From contig QPMI01000468.1 in assembly GCA_004431415.1 (NCBI GenBank), forward strand, positions 62,001 through 126,000: a DNA stretch of 64,000 bases. The letters run 5' to 3'. The stretch's first letter is position 1. Each line of letters opens with the position of its first letter. Of this stretch, positions 10,626 to 22,600 are shown piece after piece. A program made the position numbers and the translations under genes. This DNA comes from Cyanophora paradoxa CCMP329 (taxonomy: Eukaryota > Plantae > Glaucophyta). Under the pieces are notes generated by a model. The model saw only the letters and a list, made by a program, of their open reading frames with translations. It had not been told where the DNA came from and made no database searches.

Positions 10626-10764
10626 AAAGGGGAGAAAAAAAGGGAAAGGGCGGGGAAAGGGGAGGCGGGGGGGGGAGGAGAGAGGGAGGGAGGGAGGGGG
10701 GCGGGGGGGGGGGGGGGGGTCCAGCGGGGTCGCCGGCGAGGCGGGCCGCCTCGGCGCCGGCGGC

Positions 10765-13139
10765 GCCGGCGCACCGGCACGCACCCTTAGGGCCCCCTTC
10801 ACGCGGGCGACCTGGGGACGCCGGACGCGGGTCGGAGCAGGGCCGCTGAGCAGGGCGGAGCGGCGCGCACGTGCGCCTCCACTGCGGCTGTACCCTCCAT
10901 CGCCGCGAGCGCTGCGCCGGACCCTCGGCGGGGGAAGGTTGGAGAGGGGAGGGGGGTACCGGCGGGGTCGCCGGCGAGGCGGGCCGCCTCGGCGCGGGCG
11001 GCGGCGAGCTTGCTCCGCAGCGCCCCCGCCTCCACCTCCGCCCCCCGCGAGGCCCGCCAGAACGCGTCCTGTACCCCCTCGCATCAGCGGAAGACGGGGG
11101 TGCAGGACGTCACAGGGCAGGGGGTAGGCGAGGAAAAGGTGGCACCCGCTCCTCCTCGAGGGCCCGCCGCGCCTCATCGGGGCTCCCGCCGGGCGCGCCG
11201 CCGGCGCCGGCCGCCGCGAGGGCCGCGTGCCTCTCCCTCAGCAGCGCCGCCGCCAGGCCGCCCCCCGCCGCCGAGAGGGCCTGCGGAGTACCGGATTCGA
11301 AGACGTGTTTGGGGGGGAATGAGGCCGGGGTACGCGGACGATGAGGGCGAGGGAGGCGGCGGTGCGGTCCGGGGAGCGGGCAAGGGCCCGGACGGCCTCG
11401 AGGTGGCGGGCGCTGCCCCGCAGCTGGTCCGACCGCTTGTGCGCCACGTTTGCGAAGCAGAAGGCCGCGAAGGACCGGATGGGCGGCAGCGCCGAGCGCG
11501 CCGCCGCGGCCATAAACTCTGCGCGCGCCCCACGCGTACGTTGGGCGCGGCGCGCCCGGCGAGCTCTAGGGAGAAGGCATCCGAGCCCGGAGCCGGACGC
11601 GGACTCAGAGCGATGTCTGCGGCATGGGGTCGGGTCGGGTCGGAAGGTACGAAAGGGGGTAGTAGCGCGCAGGGGCGCCTGCGGCGTACCGAGCCAGTCG
11701 TACGCCGTACCCTCCGTGGCGGCGTCGTGCGTAAGAACGTAGTCCTCCACTCTGAAGGGGAGGTTAAAGTGAGAGGGGAAGACGCGTGCAGGCGTGGGGA
11801 CGGGTACGGGTACGGGTGCGAACGAACCGCGAGAGGAGGGCGGGCCGGGCGGCAATGGCGGCGGCGGGGCCGGGGTCCGAGGCGCACGCGAGGGACGCGG
11901 CGATGTAGCACGCCTCGAACGCCACTGTACCCCCGGTCGGCCTCGGGTGGGGGGGAGGGAGGGTTGGGGGGTAGAGGGCACCGTGGTGGTCGGGGTGGGC
12001 GGCGAGGCGCTCGAGGAGGGGTAGGGCCCCCGCGTCGACGACCGCCCCCCTGCCGCCCCGTGAGCAGGGGAGGGGGGGAGGAAGGGGGAGGGGGGTACCG
12101 AAGCCGATCGCACTCGGCCACGTTGCAGAGGGTGACGAGGGCGTGCAGGGCTCCCCGCACCCCCCCGGCCCCGCACCCCTCGAGCCGCCACGCGAGCTGC
12201 ACCCGTACCCGCCCCGCTAAGGAATCGCAGCGGCGTCCAGGGGGGGGGTACGGTGCGGGGCGCACGTCGGCGAGGAGGGGTAGGCCGCCCCCGCCAGCGA
12301 GGGCGGCCTGCACGGGCGCCGCGTTCGCCAGGCTCAGAACGCACTGCTGGGCCGTCAGAAGAGGGAGGGGAAGGGGGGCACGGGCCGGGCCGGGCCCGCC
12401 TCGAGGGTGTCCTCAAGCCAGGGCCAGAGGGCGGGCGACGAGGGGCGGGCGGCGCGCGTCGCGGCGGCCTGCGGGTCGGACATGAGCTCCTCGAGCGCGG
12501 CGTAGGGCGCCGCCGCCCGCCGCCGCTCCCCCTCGGGGCCCCGCTCCATCGCCTGCGCGCCGCGGCGCGCGCTCAATAAAGATCCGATAGAGCCGCCCGC
12601 GAGGAACGAAGGCTCTCGGAGTGGGCCTCCTCCTCACCTGAAGAGCGTCCCTGCCGAGCGTCTCCGCGGCCGCGACGGCTTCGGGCGGCAGCGGCGGGTA
12701 CGGCGCCTCCTCCGGCCTGTGCGCGGCCCGAGCGGCGTGAGAGGGAGGCCGCGGCTCTTGAGGAATCGATTGGACGGCGCGCATATGCATGCGCTGCGCA
12801 CTCGTCGTGGTCCTCGGCGGGTAGGGGCTCGTCGAGCTCGTACGCGTGCAGCTGCTCCTCCAGCTCGAGCGCCCGTGGCCTCCGCACAGACACCGTCGCC
12901 GTCTCCACGATGCTGCGCGCCCTGCTGTGCCGCGCGCTCCTCTCCGCGAGCAGCTGCAGCACCGCCAGCCCGCCGCGGCCGCTGTCAGGCGACTCGGCGT
13001 CTTGCGCCTGCTCTGAAGCATCCAGCGTGATGCTGGTTCTGCCGCTGGGCAAGAGCGGCAGTTCTCCCGCGTCCGCGAGCGTGATCACAGTCCTTGAGCT
13101 GGAGCGCTCATCCTGCGACGCGTCGCGCTCGCCCTCCAT
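10765..13139 (-). pseudogene. 3'-truncated duplicate of the RING E3 gene, lacking the RING exon
   Basis: 10765-13293 closely matches 3395-5882 in exons and most introns. Homology stops after the VARVKGALR exon and is followed by a re-copied exon piece and poly-G/purine tracts. Confidence 0.75.
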
Positions 13140-13426
13140 CACCCGCACCAGTTCCCGCGCCGCTGGGGGCTGCGGGGCTAATCCAGCAGTGCCGCTTGCC
13201 TTGCTCGTGCTCGGGTGCGCTGCCGTGCGCTGCTGTGCGGCGGGTGCGCTGCTGTGCGCTGACGGTGCGCTGACGGTGCGCAGTTGGGGGGGCTACACAA
13301 ACTTCGCCGACGCCCACGACGTGGGGCTTGCGCAACCTGACGATCTAGGAGCAGGCGGCGCGCCCAACTAGCTCGGGTGCTCCGGGGCAGAATTCAGGGC
13401 ATAGCCAGTCGAGCCGCAGTCGACCC

Positions 13427-16400
13427 ATGAACGCGGCGAGCGCCGCGGAGAAACCCTCCTCGGGAGAGAGCTCCGGCAGCGCAAGCCCCCCTGAAGCACG
13501 CCGCGCCGACCCGCCCTCGGAACAATCGTCAGCCCCCGAGCACGTTCTCAGCCTGAGCGAGGTAGAGGCGGTTGACGTTGAGGCGGCCCAGCCCGAGCTC
13601 CTGGGCGCCGTCGTTTCAGACGAGCGCGCACGATCTTCTGGATGTGACGCCCTCCAAGCGGAAGAGGAGGAGGAGGTGGCCTGCCCGTCGATTTCTACGG
13701 AGAGACGAGAGCCTGGACCGCCCTCTCCGCGGACTGAGCGGTCATTGGACGAATCCGATGCAGCTGCAGCGTCCAGTACAAGCATTCCGAGCGCGGACGC
13801 GGCGGCGCCCCCGGAACCTTGTCAAACGCCAGCCCCAACCGCCCCTGCGGGCCCCAAGCACGAGGTCCTCCACGCCGCGGCGCGGAACGGAGACACTGAG
13901 ACGATACGGTTCCTTCTTGGAGTGGGTGCGTGCAGCGTGCATCCCTTGCGTGTAGAGAGCCCTCATGGGACCGCGTGTTCGCGTCTGGTTTTCCGCGCCT
14001 TCCTTTTCTCTTTTGACAAGAGCTTGCGAGCTAGTTTTAGTTATTTCTTTCCTTCCTAAACTCCGCTGCCCTCGAAAACCGCCGCGCCGGAAACTGATCC
14101 TTGCGTCAGGCGCGCAAGCCGGGACGAGGGACTCGATTGGCCGCACGGCGCTCCATTACTGCGCAGCGTCTGACTGCGAGGATGCTGCGGAGGCCCTGCT
14201 TGCGTCGTGCTCATCCGACGACCTCACTCCGAGCGGCTGGATCGCCCAGCCTGATGAGCGCGGCTTCACTGTTTTGCACGCGGGTGAGCCCAATCGCTCT
14301 TCATTGTTGAGCCCCAGAGCGATTGTAGCGTGCGCAGCGTGCCTCTACCGGTCGGCCCGCGTTCTCCGGCTGCTCCTCAGGATTCCGACAATCGCTGCTC
14401 TGGTGGATGCGCAAGACGCGAACGGCGCAACCCCACTTCACCTCCTGTTCACCGCACCGATCGACTCCGAAGCCCCGAGGGCGCCGCCGTCTCCGTCTGC
14501 GGCAGCGTCGGCGGGCAGCTCCGCGGTGGATCAGATTCTTGCGCAAGAGCTCCGCGCGCTCCGCATCTTCGACCGCGACTCCGGCTCCAGTGCGCCGTGG
14601 CTCGCCCGGGCGCCGGCGCCGCCCTCTGACCGGCTCGGCAGGCTCCCGCGCCCCTGCCTCCCCGAAGCACGCCCCCGCCTCCCCGAAGCACGCCCCCGCC
14701 TCCCCGAAGCAGCCGCCGGCGCCGCCGTGCCCGCCGCCGGACGCCTGCTCTCCGGCCGCCGCCGCGACGCGGCACCGGGCCCTCCGCACGCACCGCTCGC
14801 ACGGAACCGGCTCCTCCCACCGCCCGCGCTCCTCCCACGCCAACGCCCACGCCGACCCCTCGCGCCGGCACGCCTCCTCCCCCGCGCACTCCGACCCGCA
14901 GGACCTGGTCGCGCTCCTCATCGCCGCCGGCGCGTCCGTGCGGCGGGCGACCCCCTCGGGCCTCACCCCTCTCCACCTCGCCGCCAAGGCGCACGCCTGC
15001 GAGAGCGTGCGGCTGCTTGTGGCCGCTGGCGCGGCGCTGGACGCGACGGACGTGACGGGGTACACGCCCGTGCACCACGCCGTGCTGCGGGACGCCCTCC
15101 CCTGCCTTCGCATCCTCCTGGAGGCCGCCGCCTCGCACGGCCGCCCCGCCGCCTCCCTCGGCGCCCGCGCCGCCGTGCAGAACGCGCGGGGCCAGTTCCC
15201 CCTCCACCTCGCCGCCGCCAAGGCCTCCCCAGCCGTCGTCTCGGCCCTCCTCGCCGCCGGCGCCCCGCCCGACGACGCCGATGTGCACGGCATGACCCCG
15301 CTCCACTACGCGTGCGCCCCCGCCCTCCCCGTCCCTCCTCCTCCTCCCGCGCCGCTCACGGGCGCGGCGCAGCTGCACGCGGGACGCGGCGGAGGTCGCC
15401 GGCGTGCTCCTCGCTGCCGGGGCGAGCGCCGAGGCGCGCACGAAGACCTCGCAGACGGCGCTGCACGTCGCCGCGTCGAAGGGCGCCGCCGCCTGCGCGG
15501 CCCTCCTGCTCGACCGTGGCGCCGACCTCCACGCGACGACCGAGACCGGGGCGACCGTGCGCTCCGCCCTCGCCCGGCCCCGCCCGGCCCCGCCTGCCCC
15601 GCTCACGCCGCCCACCTCCGCGCAGGCGTTGCACCTCGCCGCCTCTGCGAACGCGTTGGCGACGCTGCGGCTGCTGCTGGAGCGCGGGGCGGACGTGGCG
15701 CGGCCGACGCTGCAGAAGCTTACGCCGCTGCACATGGCCGGCGGCAAGGACGCCGAGGAGTGCGTGCGCCTCCTCGTCGCGGCGGGGGCGCCGCTCGAGG
15801 AGCGGGACAACAAGGGCGCCACCGCGGTGCTCTGCGCGGCGGCCGCCAACGCGGCGCGGGCGCTTGCGGCGCTGGTGGAGGCCGGCGCCTCCGTCGAGGC
15901 CAAGAACGAGAGCGGGCAGACGGCGGTGCACCTCGCGGCGTACCGCAACGCGGCGGCGGCCGTCGGCGTCCTGGTCAAGGCCGGGGCGGCGGTGGAGGCC
16001 GGCTGCGGCAAGGGCTCCGACCCGCTGCAGTACGCCTGCATGCGGGACTCGCTGGACGCGCTCCGGTCCCTCCTCGAGGCGGGGGCCAACCCCTCCCGCC
16101 CCAACCGGCGCGCCCCGCCCGCCCGCCCGCCCGCCCCCGCCGTGCTGACGCGAAGCGAACAAGCAGGCACGGCGAGATCGCGTTCTTCATCGCGTGCAGC
16201 TCCAACGCCGCGCGCTGCGTCCGGCACCTCCTCTCCATGGGGAGCCCCGACGGCCGCATGCGCAGGCGCGCCCCGCGCCCCGCTTCGCCCACCGACCCGC
16301 CCGCCCGTCCGCCCTCGGCTCACTCGGGGGCCCCCTCAGGCCGCCTGCGATCGCGCTGCACGTGGCGTGCGCGCGGGACGCCCTTGACGCCGCCATGGTC

Positions 16401-17784
16401 CTCCTCGAGGCCGGCGCCGACCCCTGCGCCCTCAACCGCGTCCGCTCCGCCCCTTCCCTCGCTTGCGCGCGCGTGCTCCGCCCTCGCCGACGGCGCGCGC
16501 CGCGCAGCTGGGCCAGACGGCGCTGCACCTGGCGGCGGCCAAGGGCGCGACGCGCTGCTCGGGCCTGCTGGTCACGCGGGGCGTCCCCGTCGACGCCCAC
16601 GACGCCCGCGGCTCCTCCACCGCCCTCCACTTCGCCGTCATGGTCCGCTCCGCCTCGCTTCGCTTTGTTACGCTTGCGTTGCCGACGACGCCGCCGCGCG
16701 GGGCCGGCACGGCAGGTCGACTCGGTCGACACGGCGCGCCTGCTCCTCGCCGCCGGCGCCTCCCTCTCCGCCGTCAACGTCAAGCGCCAGACCGCCCTCC
16801 ACGTCGCCGTCCTGAAGGCGCGCGCGCACGCGCGAGCCGGGCCGGCTCGCTGATAGGGTCGCCGATCTGAGCCAGCTCGCCGGGCAGGGGGCGGCGCGCT
16901 GCGTGCAGCTGCTGCTGGAGCGCGGGGCGGACGTGACGGCGCGGGAGGCGAAGCTCTGCTCCCCCGTCTACCTCGCCGCCGCCGTCGGCTCGCCCGAGGC
17001 CCTCCGGCCGCTCCTCGAGGCCGGCGGCAACGTGGCGACCCCCAACAAGCACGGCCTGACCCCGCTCCACGTCGCCTGCCTCAAGGCGCGCCCCGCTGTC
17101 CCGCCTCCTACGCTCCGACTGACGCGGCGGCGGCGGCGCAGGACGCGGTGGACTGCGCGAGGCTGCTGCTCTCGAGATACGCGGACATGCGGGCGACGAC
17201 GCCGGCGCTGATCACGCCGCTGCACATGGCGGCGGCCGGCGACGCCGCCGGCTGCGTGGAGCTCCTGCTCGAGCGCGGTGTCGCGGACATCGAGGCGACG
17301 GACAAGTGCGGGCGGACGCCCCTGCACCGCGCCGCCTCGAAGAACGGGCCCCGCGCCATGGCGCTCCTCCTGGAGGCCGGCGCCTACCCGCACGCCCGCG
17401 ACCGCGCCCGCAACACCCCGCTCCACTACGCGTGCGCCCGCCCCGCCTCGCCCCGGCCCGCGCGGCGGCGAAGGCTGAGGCGAACGCGGCGCAGCGCGAA
17501 GGCGAACGCGGTGGAGTGCGTGCAGCAGCTGCTCGACATCGGCGCGGACGTCACCGACCAGAACAAGTGCGCGGGGCGGGGCCGGGCGGGGCGGTGGGGC
17601 GGGCGCCCTCTGAGGCGGGCGGGCGGGCGGCAGGCACGGGTGGACGCCGGTGCAGCTGGCGACGATGGCGGGGGCGGCGGCGACGGCCCCGCTGCTCCAG
17701 CGGGCGCTGGCCGAGCTCCAGGCGAACCGCCGCCCCTCCGCAGGCTCGTCCACCCTCTGCCTCCGCCGCTGGAACGCTTACTGA
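13427..17784 (+). CDS. Multi-exon ankyrin repeat protein (~25 repeats) with acidic N-terminus
   Basis: Repeated G-x-T-P/A-L-H-x-A...LLxxGA units (e.g. GLTPLHLAAKAH, GQTAVHLAAYRN, GRTPLHRAASKN) across many short introns. Confidence 0.9.
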
Positions 17785-18167
17785 GGCGGCTCAAGCTATC
17801 GCCCATCTTCCTCGACGGATCTAGTTGTAGACCGGGCTCACCGCCCGCGGGAGTCTCCAGGGACTCCCCCTTTCCACCCGCCTGTTAGCTGCGAGCGCTA
17901 GCGCTTCTACAATGTACAGCGATGAATTGCGGTTGAGCCTCGGAGGGCGCGGCGTGTGCCACAACTCATGGGGCCATTTAATTTTGTGCATGCAAATGCG
18001 AGCACTAGTGCCTACCCAAGCCGCGGGCCGGGTCGCGACATTGAGACGACGAAAGACAGCATTGTAAACTCTTTTTAACTTGGTAAATTGAAACATGTCG
18101 AGCCCAGGAAAGGGCGTGACCTCGCAAAACTGCTGGTACGTATACATATACTACACAATGCCCCCTC

Positions 18168-18237
18168 CTAAAACACCCTGCGCCTGAATTGCCGTTGACG
18201 ATCTACTAAGACTAAACACCCTGGGCCTAAATTGCCG
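18168..18237. repeat. Short direct repeats, possibly a DNA-transposon subterminal remnant
   Basis: CTAAA(A)CACCCTG.GCCT.AATTGCCG occurs twice in AT-richer intergenic DNA. Confidence 0.4.
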
Positions 18238-19659
18238 CCTAATGCCCTGAAATCTACCGAAAAAGGCAAGTCACTGAGTACGCGCGAAAACGATTATAGT
18301 TATGCGATGATTTGAAGTGTTGTGAGAGGTGTCATTCGATGGTTGTGAAGTTGCAGCGGAAGGCTCGCTGCTTCAGGCTTGAGGAGATGATGCTCCCTCG
18401 AAGCGATATCGATCGGATCGCGAAGAAGAAGCTTAAGAGGGGCTCCGGGTCCCCGTGACGAGCACGGACGGGTGCGTGCGCGGCCGCTGGCCATGGGCCC
18501 GGCCGCGGGTGCGCGCGCGCGGCGCCAGGCAGCCTTAGGCCAATTTCGCGATCGCCGCCGACGTCAACACCCTGGCACGTCACAACCGTCACGCGCATGT
18601 GCGCACGAAGGCACACCCCCGCCAGATTCCCCGAACACACTGGCGAGCGTTTCTCCTCGTTGCTTGCTTGCAATTGTTACTTATGCCCATCAAGCAGGCC
18701 GAAGCTTGAGGTCGAAGGGAGGAGGGCATGCGCGCGCAGACCCCCGCATATGCATGCGCGCAGCTGCAGGGCCGGCCGCGGCCGCGCGCTGGCGGGGCAG
18801 GAAATCTTGACCTTTTCCGGAAACGTTGAAATGCAGACAGATTGACGTACTCCCAAAGTCGGAGCCTTCATGATGAAATTAATCAAACTTTTGAAATTGA
18901 TGGTAAGTGGACGTCGACGTGGGTACGCATACCGGCCGTTCTGGCTCGCACCGCTTAAGCTTCTAGCTCTGCGGATTCAGTGCGGAAACAGACTCCGAGA
19001 TTCCGGACTCTGCTGGAGCCTGGAGCCTGGAGGCCTAGCAGCTTGCGAGGCTAGCTAGTGCGGTTGGCAACTTGGCCCAAGTTGGCACCGGTTGCGCGTG
19101 CGTTGCCATGCCTGCATAGAGCCTGCCGATCATCCCATCGATATCGCTGCGCCGCCGGCCGCACGAGGCCCTGCGGTTCCAGGTTTGGCGCCATGGTCTT
19201 AGATCGTTTGCGCTGCCCCTGATCGAGCCGCAGTTCTTCGTTGCTTATTCAGCTGTGGCTGTGGTGACTCTGGCTGAGCGAGCGAGCTGCTCGCCGGCGA
19301 GTCGCCGCTTGGCGCTAAGCGGCACGTCGCTTAGCATCCGCCGCGCACGCCTCCCAACCGCGCACGCCGGAGAGGCTCTTACTCATTTAAGCGGAAGGTT
19401 CGCTCGCCCATGGCATGCTCGCCACGCCCGCCCCTCCCGCCAGCAATCGGCCAATTGCAACGCCCCGCGCCTGAATATCAATGGCAGTCGGCGGGACAGG
19501 CGCCCGTTGTCGCACACAGCTTCGGGCAGCGAGGTTCGTCTGCGCAGCCCGTCAGAGCCCCGCTCTCTCGAAACAGATGAACAGCGCAGACTCCAGACCC
19601 ACTGCCGGAGAGCTCCGGCTCCGAGGCTCGAGAGCAACACAGGCCGGCCGGCGCCGCGG

Positions 19660-22600
19660 ATGCCGATGGGGAGGCGGCGGGGCCGGCGTGTCTGCCCGGC
19701 GGGGAGCTCGGAGGATGAGGGCGCGCCCGCCCGGGCGGAGAAGGACGAGGCTGCGGGTCCCGCGGCCGCGGCGCCGGCGCGCGTGAAGAGCGAGCCCGGC
19801 GCCGGCTCCGACGGGGCGGGGACGACCTTCGTGCTCATGAACCGCGGGAGGAGCCGGTGGGCGCCTCTGCCGGGGCCGGCGGGGCGCGCGGGGCCGGCGG
19901 GCCGGGGCGCTGATGCATATGCATGATTTTCGCAGGGCGGCGGTCTACACGCCTATGGCGGCGGACGCGGAGGGGGCGGGCTTCGCGGCCTACACGGCGA
20001 TCACGACGCGGCGCGTGAAGCTGCAGCTGCGCGACGCCTCCGGCGCGGCGCTCGGCCGCTGGGCCGGCCGGCCCCTCACCGTCTCCCTCCGCTACGAGGG
20101 CCCGCCCCGCCCGCCCCGTCCCGCGCGGCGTCGGGCGGGCTGACGCGGGGCGCAGTGGACGGGGCGGCGGTGCTGTCCGCGTCGGGGCTGGAGGGGACGG
20201 GCGACGCGACGGACATGCCGCTGCTCTTCTTCGAGGGGACGGGCGATGGCCGCCGCTGCCGCGCCTGCCGCCTGACCCTCGACCCCGCCGGCCTCTCCCA
20301 CGAGGCCTTCGCCATCCTCGCCCCTCGGTCCGCCCCGCCCCGCGCCGCGGCGGCCGGCGGGGCGCGGCTGACGGGGGCCGGGGCGGGGGCGGCAGCACCG
20401 GCACGAGGGGCGGCGCTTCGAGCTGCACGTGGAGGCGCCGGGGCGCCCCCCGTCCTCGGCCGCATCCTCATCCACACCCGCACCCACGGTCCGCACGCTC
20501 ACTCCGGATCCGCGGCCCGCCGTCTCCGCCGCCGTCCGAGCCATCGCCTCCGGTCCCCGCAGCGCTGCCGGGCCAGCGGCCGGCGCGGTCGGAGTCGCCG
20601 GCCCCGGTCTCGAAGCCGCGCGCGAGCTCGGCGGCCGGCCGGGCGCCGACGACGAAGCGGGTGCGGCGGACGGCGCGGCGGGCGCAGCCCTCTCCGGGGC
20701 GGGCGAGCACCGTGTCGCCGTCCCTGTCAGCCTCCTCGGGCGGGGTGAGCCCCGCGCCGCCCGCGCTGCTCGCGGCGAGCCGTAAATTCGACGCCGACGC
20801 CGACGCCGGGGCGCAGGAGGTGCCGGGGAGCGTGCCGATCAAGCTGGAGGACGGCGACGAGGGCGGGGCCGGGGCGTTGGTGCGGGAGGCGCGGTGGGGG
20901 GGTACGGAGAGCAGCTCGGAGTCGGACATCTCGCTGGACTCGGACGAGGGCGGGGGCGGGGGCGGGGGCGGGGGCGGCGCCCCGCACCGCCCCGGCCCCG
21001 GGTCCGCCTTCCAAGCCCCAAGCGTCGCCCCGGCCCCGGCCCCGCGGCCGGACCCCGGCGAATGGTACGGATAGCGCCAGCGCAGCGCAGCGCCGCATGC
21101 GCACGGCGCCGCGCGCAATAGATCAAATACTTTTCTATCATCAGGAATCTTAAACAATGACTTCGTCTCTAAACGCATGTCTTAACAGGTTCACGATCAC
21201 GGAGCTGAAGGGCGTAGCGGCGGCGCGGGAAGCGGGGGGCGCCTGTCAGCGGCAGCAGGAGCTGGAGGACGAAGGCTCGCCCCCCCCCCCCCCTCCCCCC
21301 CCCCCCCCGGGCCCCGCTCTTGGAGGGCTCTAATATGGGAGCAGAGCCGGCGGGGGCCGCGGCCGGGCGTGACGTGCTGGACTGCGCCGTGGACCTGATC
21401 GAGGCGAACCTGTCCCACATCGCCGTCCTCAGGTGATCCGACCCGATCTGATCTAATCTGAGCGTCCGAGGGTTCTTTCCCTGAGGCGGGCCTCGCAGCC
21501 TCGAGGACGGTGCGGATGCGGAGGAGGCGTCGTCCGGACAGGGGCCGGCGGCCGGCCACCAGTGGCTCTCCCTCCAGTGCGTCCGGACAGCTTGGGGCCC
21601 CGCGGCGAGATGCGAACGAAGGGGCTTGGGCGCAGGGACGCGTGGCGCGTGGCGCCGTGGGCGCGCCGTCGGGGGCCCCCCGCGGGGGCGCCGGGGCGGC
21701 TGGCGGCGGCGGAGGCGGCGGCGCTGGTGGCGGCCTTCGACGCGGCGCGGGCGCCGGGCGCCCTCGCGAGCCCGCCCGGCGTCCTCCGCCTTCTCTCCGT
21801 GCGCCACGCCGCCCCGCAGCCCCGCCCCGCCACGCCCGCCCCGCCCGGCCCAAGTCGTGCGGGCGCAGATCCTGAAGGACCCGCGCCTCCTCTGCACCGA
21901 CGCCCTCGTCACGCCCGAGGGCCGCCACTCACTGTCTGTCCCGTCCCCCGCCGGCCCTGCGCGGCGCGCGCTGACGGGAAGCGGGCGGCAGGCGGCGGGC
22001 GTTCCACGACCTGCGCGAGACCGGCGCCTACGCCGCGGTGCGTCCCGCGGCCGGGCGGGGCGCCGGCCGGGCGCGAGGGCGAGGGCGAGCCCGGACCGGC
22101 AGGTGGGGGTGGCGGCGGAGTCGCTGGCGGCGGGGGCGCTGGCGATGCCGGACGACTTCGCGTGCGCGGCGGAGGCGGGGGCCGCGCTCGAGGGCCTCTA
22201 CGGCCTCCTCACCGCCGCCTCCACCGAGGCCGGCGTCGCCTTCCCCGACCACCTCTACCTCCCCTGGCCCGCCTGCAGCCGCCTCCTCCGCAAGGCGGCG
22301 GCCGTCGTCGAGCCCTGGGCCCGCGCCGAGCCGCTGCTGCGGTGCCGGCTGCTCTACCAGCGCTCGCTGGCCCTCTTCCACCACGGCTTCTGGGAGAGCG
22401 CCCTCGAGGAGGCCTTCGCCGCCTGGTCCGAGCTCATCCGCGCCCAGCTCACCCCCTCCCGCTTCGAGGCGGCCCTCCTCCGCCACATCACCGAGATGCT
22501 CCGTGCGCCCCCCAAGTCTTCCTCCTCCTCAAGTTTAACTGCTTAACTCTTCGCCAGTGTACCTGGGCAAGGTGGAGCAGGCGCGGCACCTCTCGAGCCG

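Noticed and set aside
14656-14711. 21-bp tandem repeat in the ankyrin gene
   Set aside because: Simple local slippage, probably intronic, with no sign of function.
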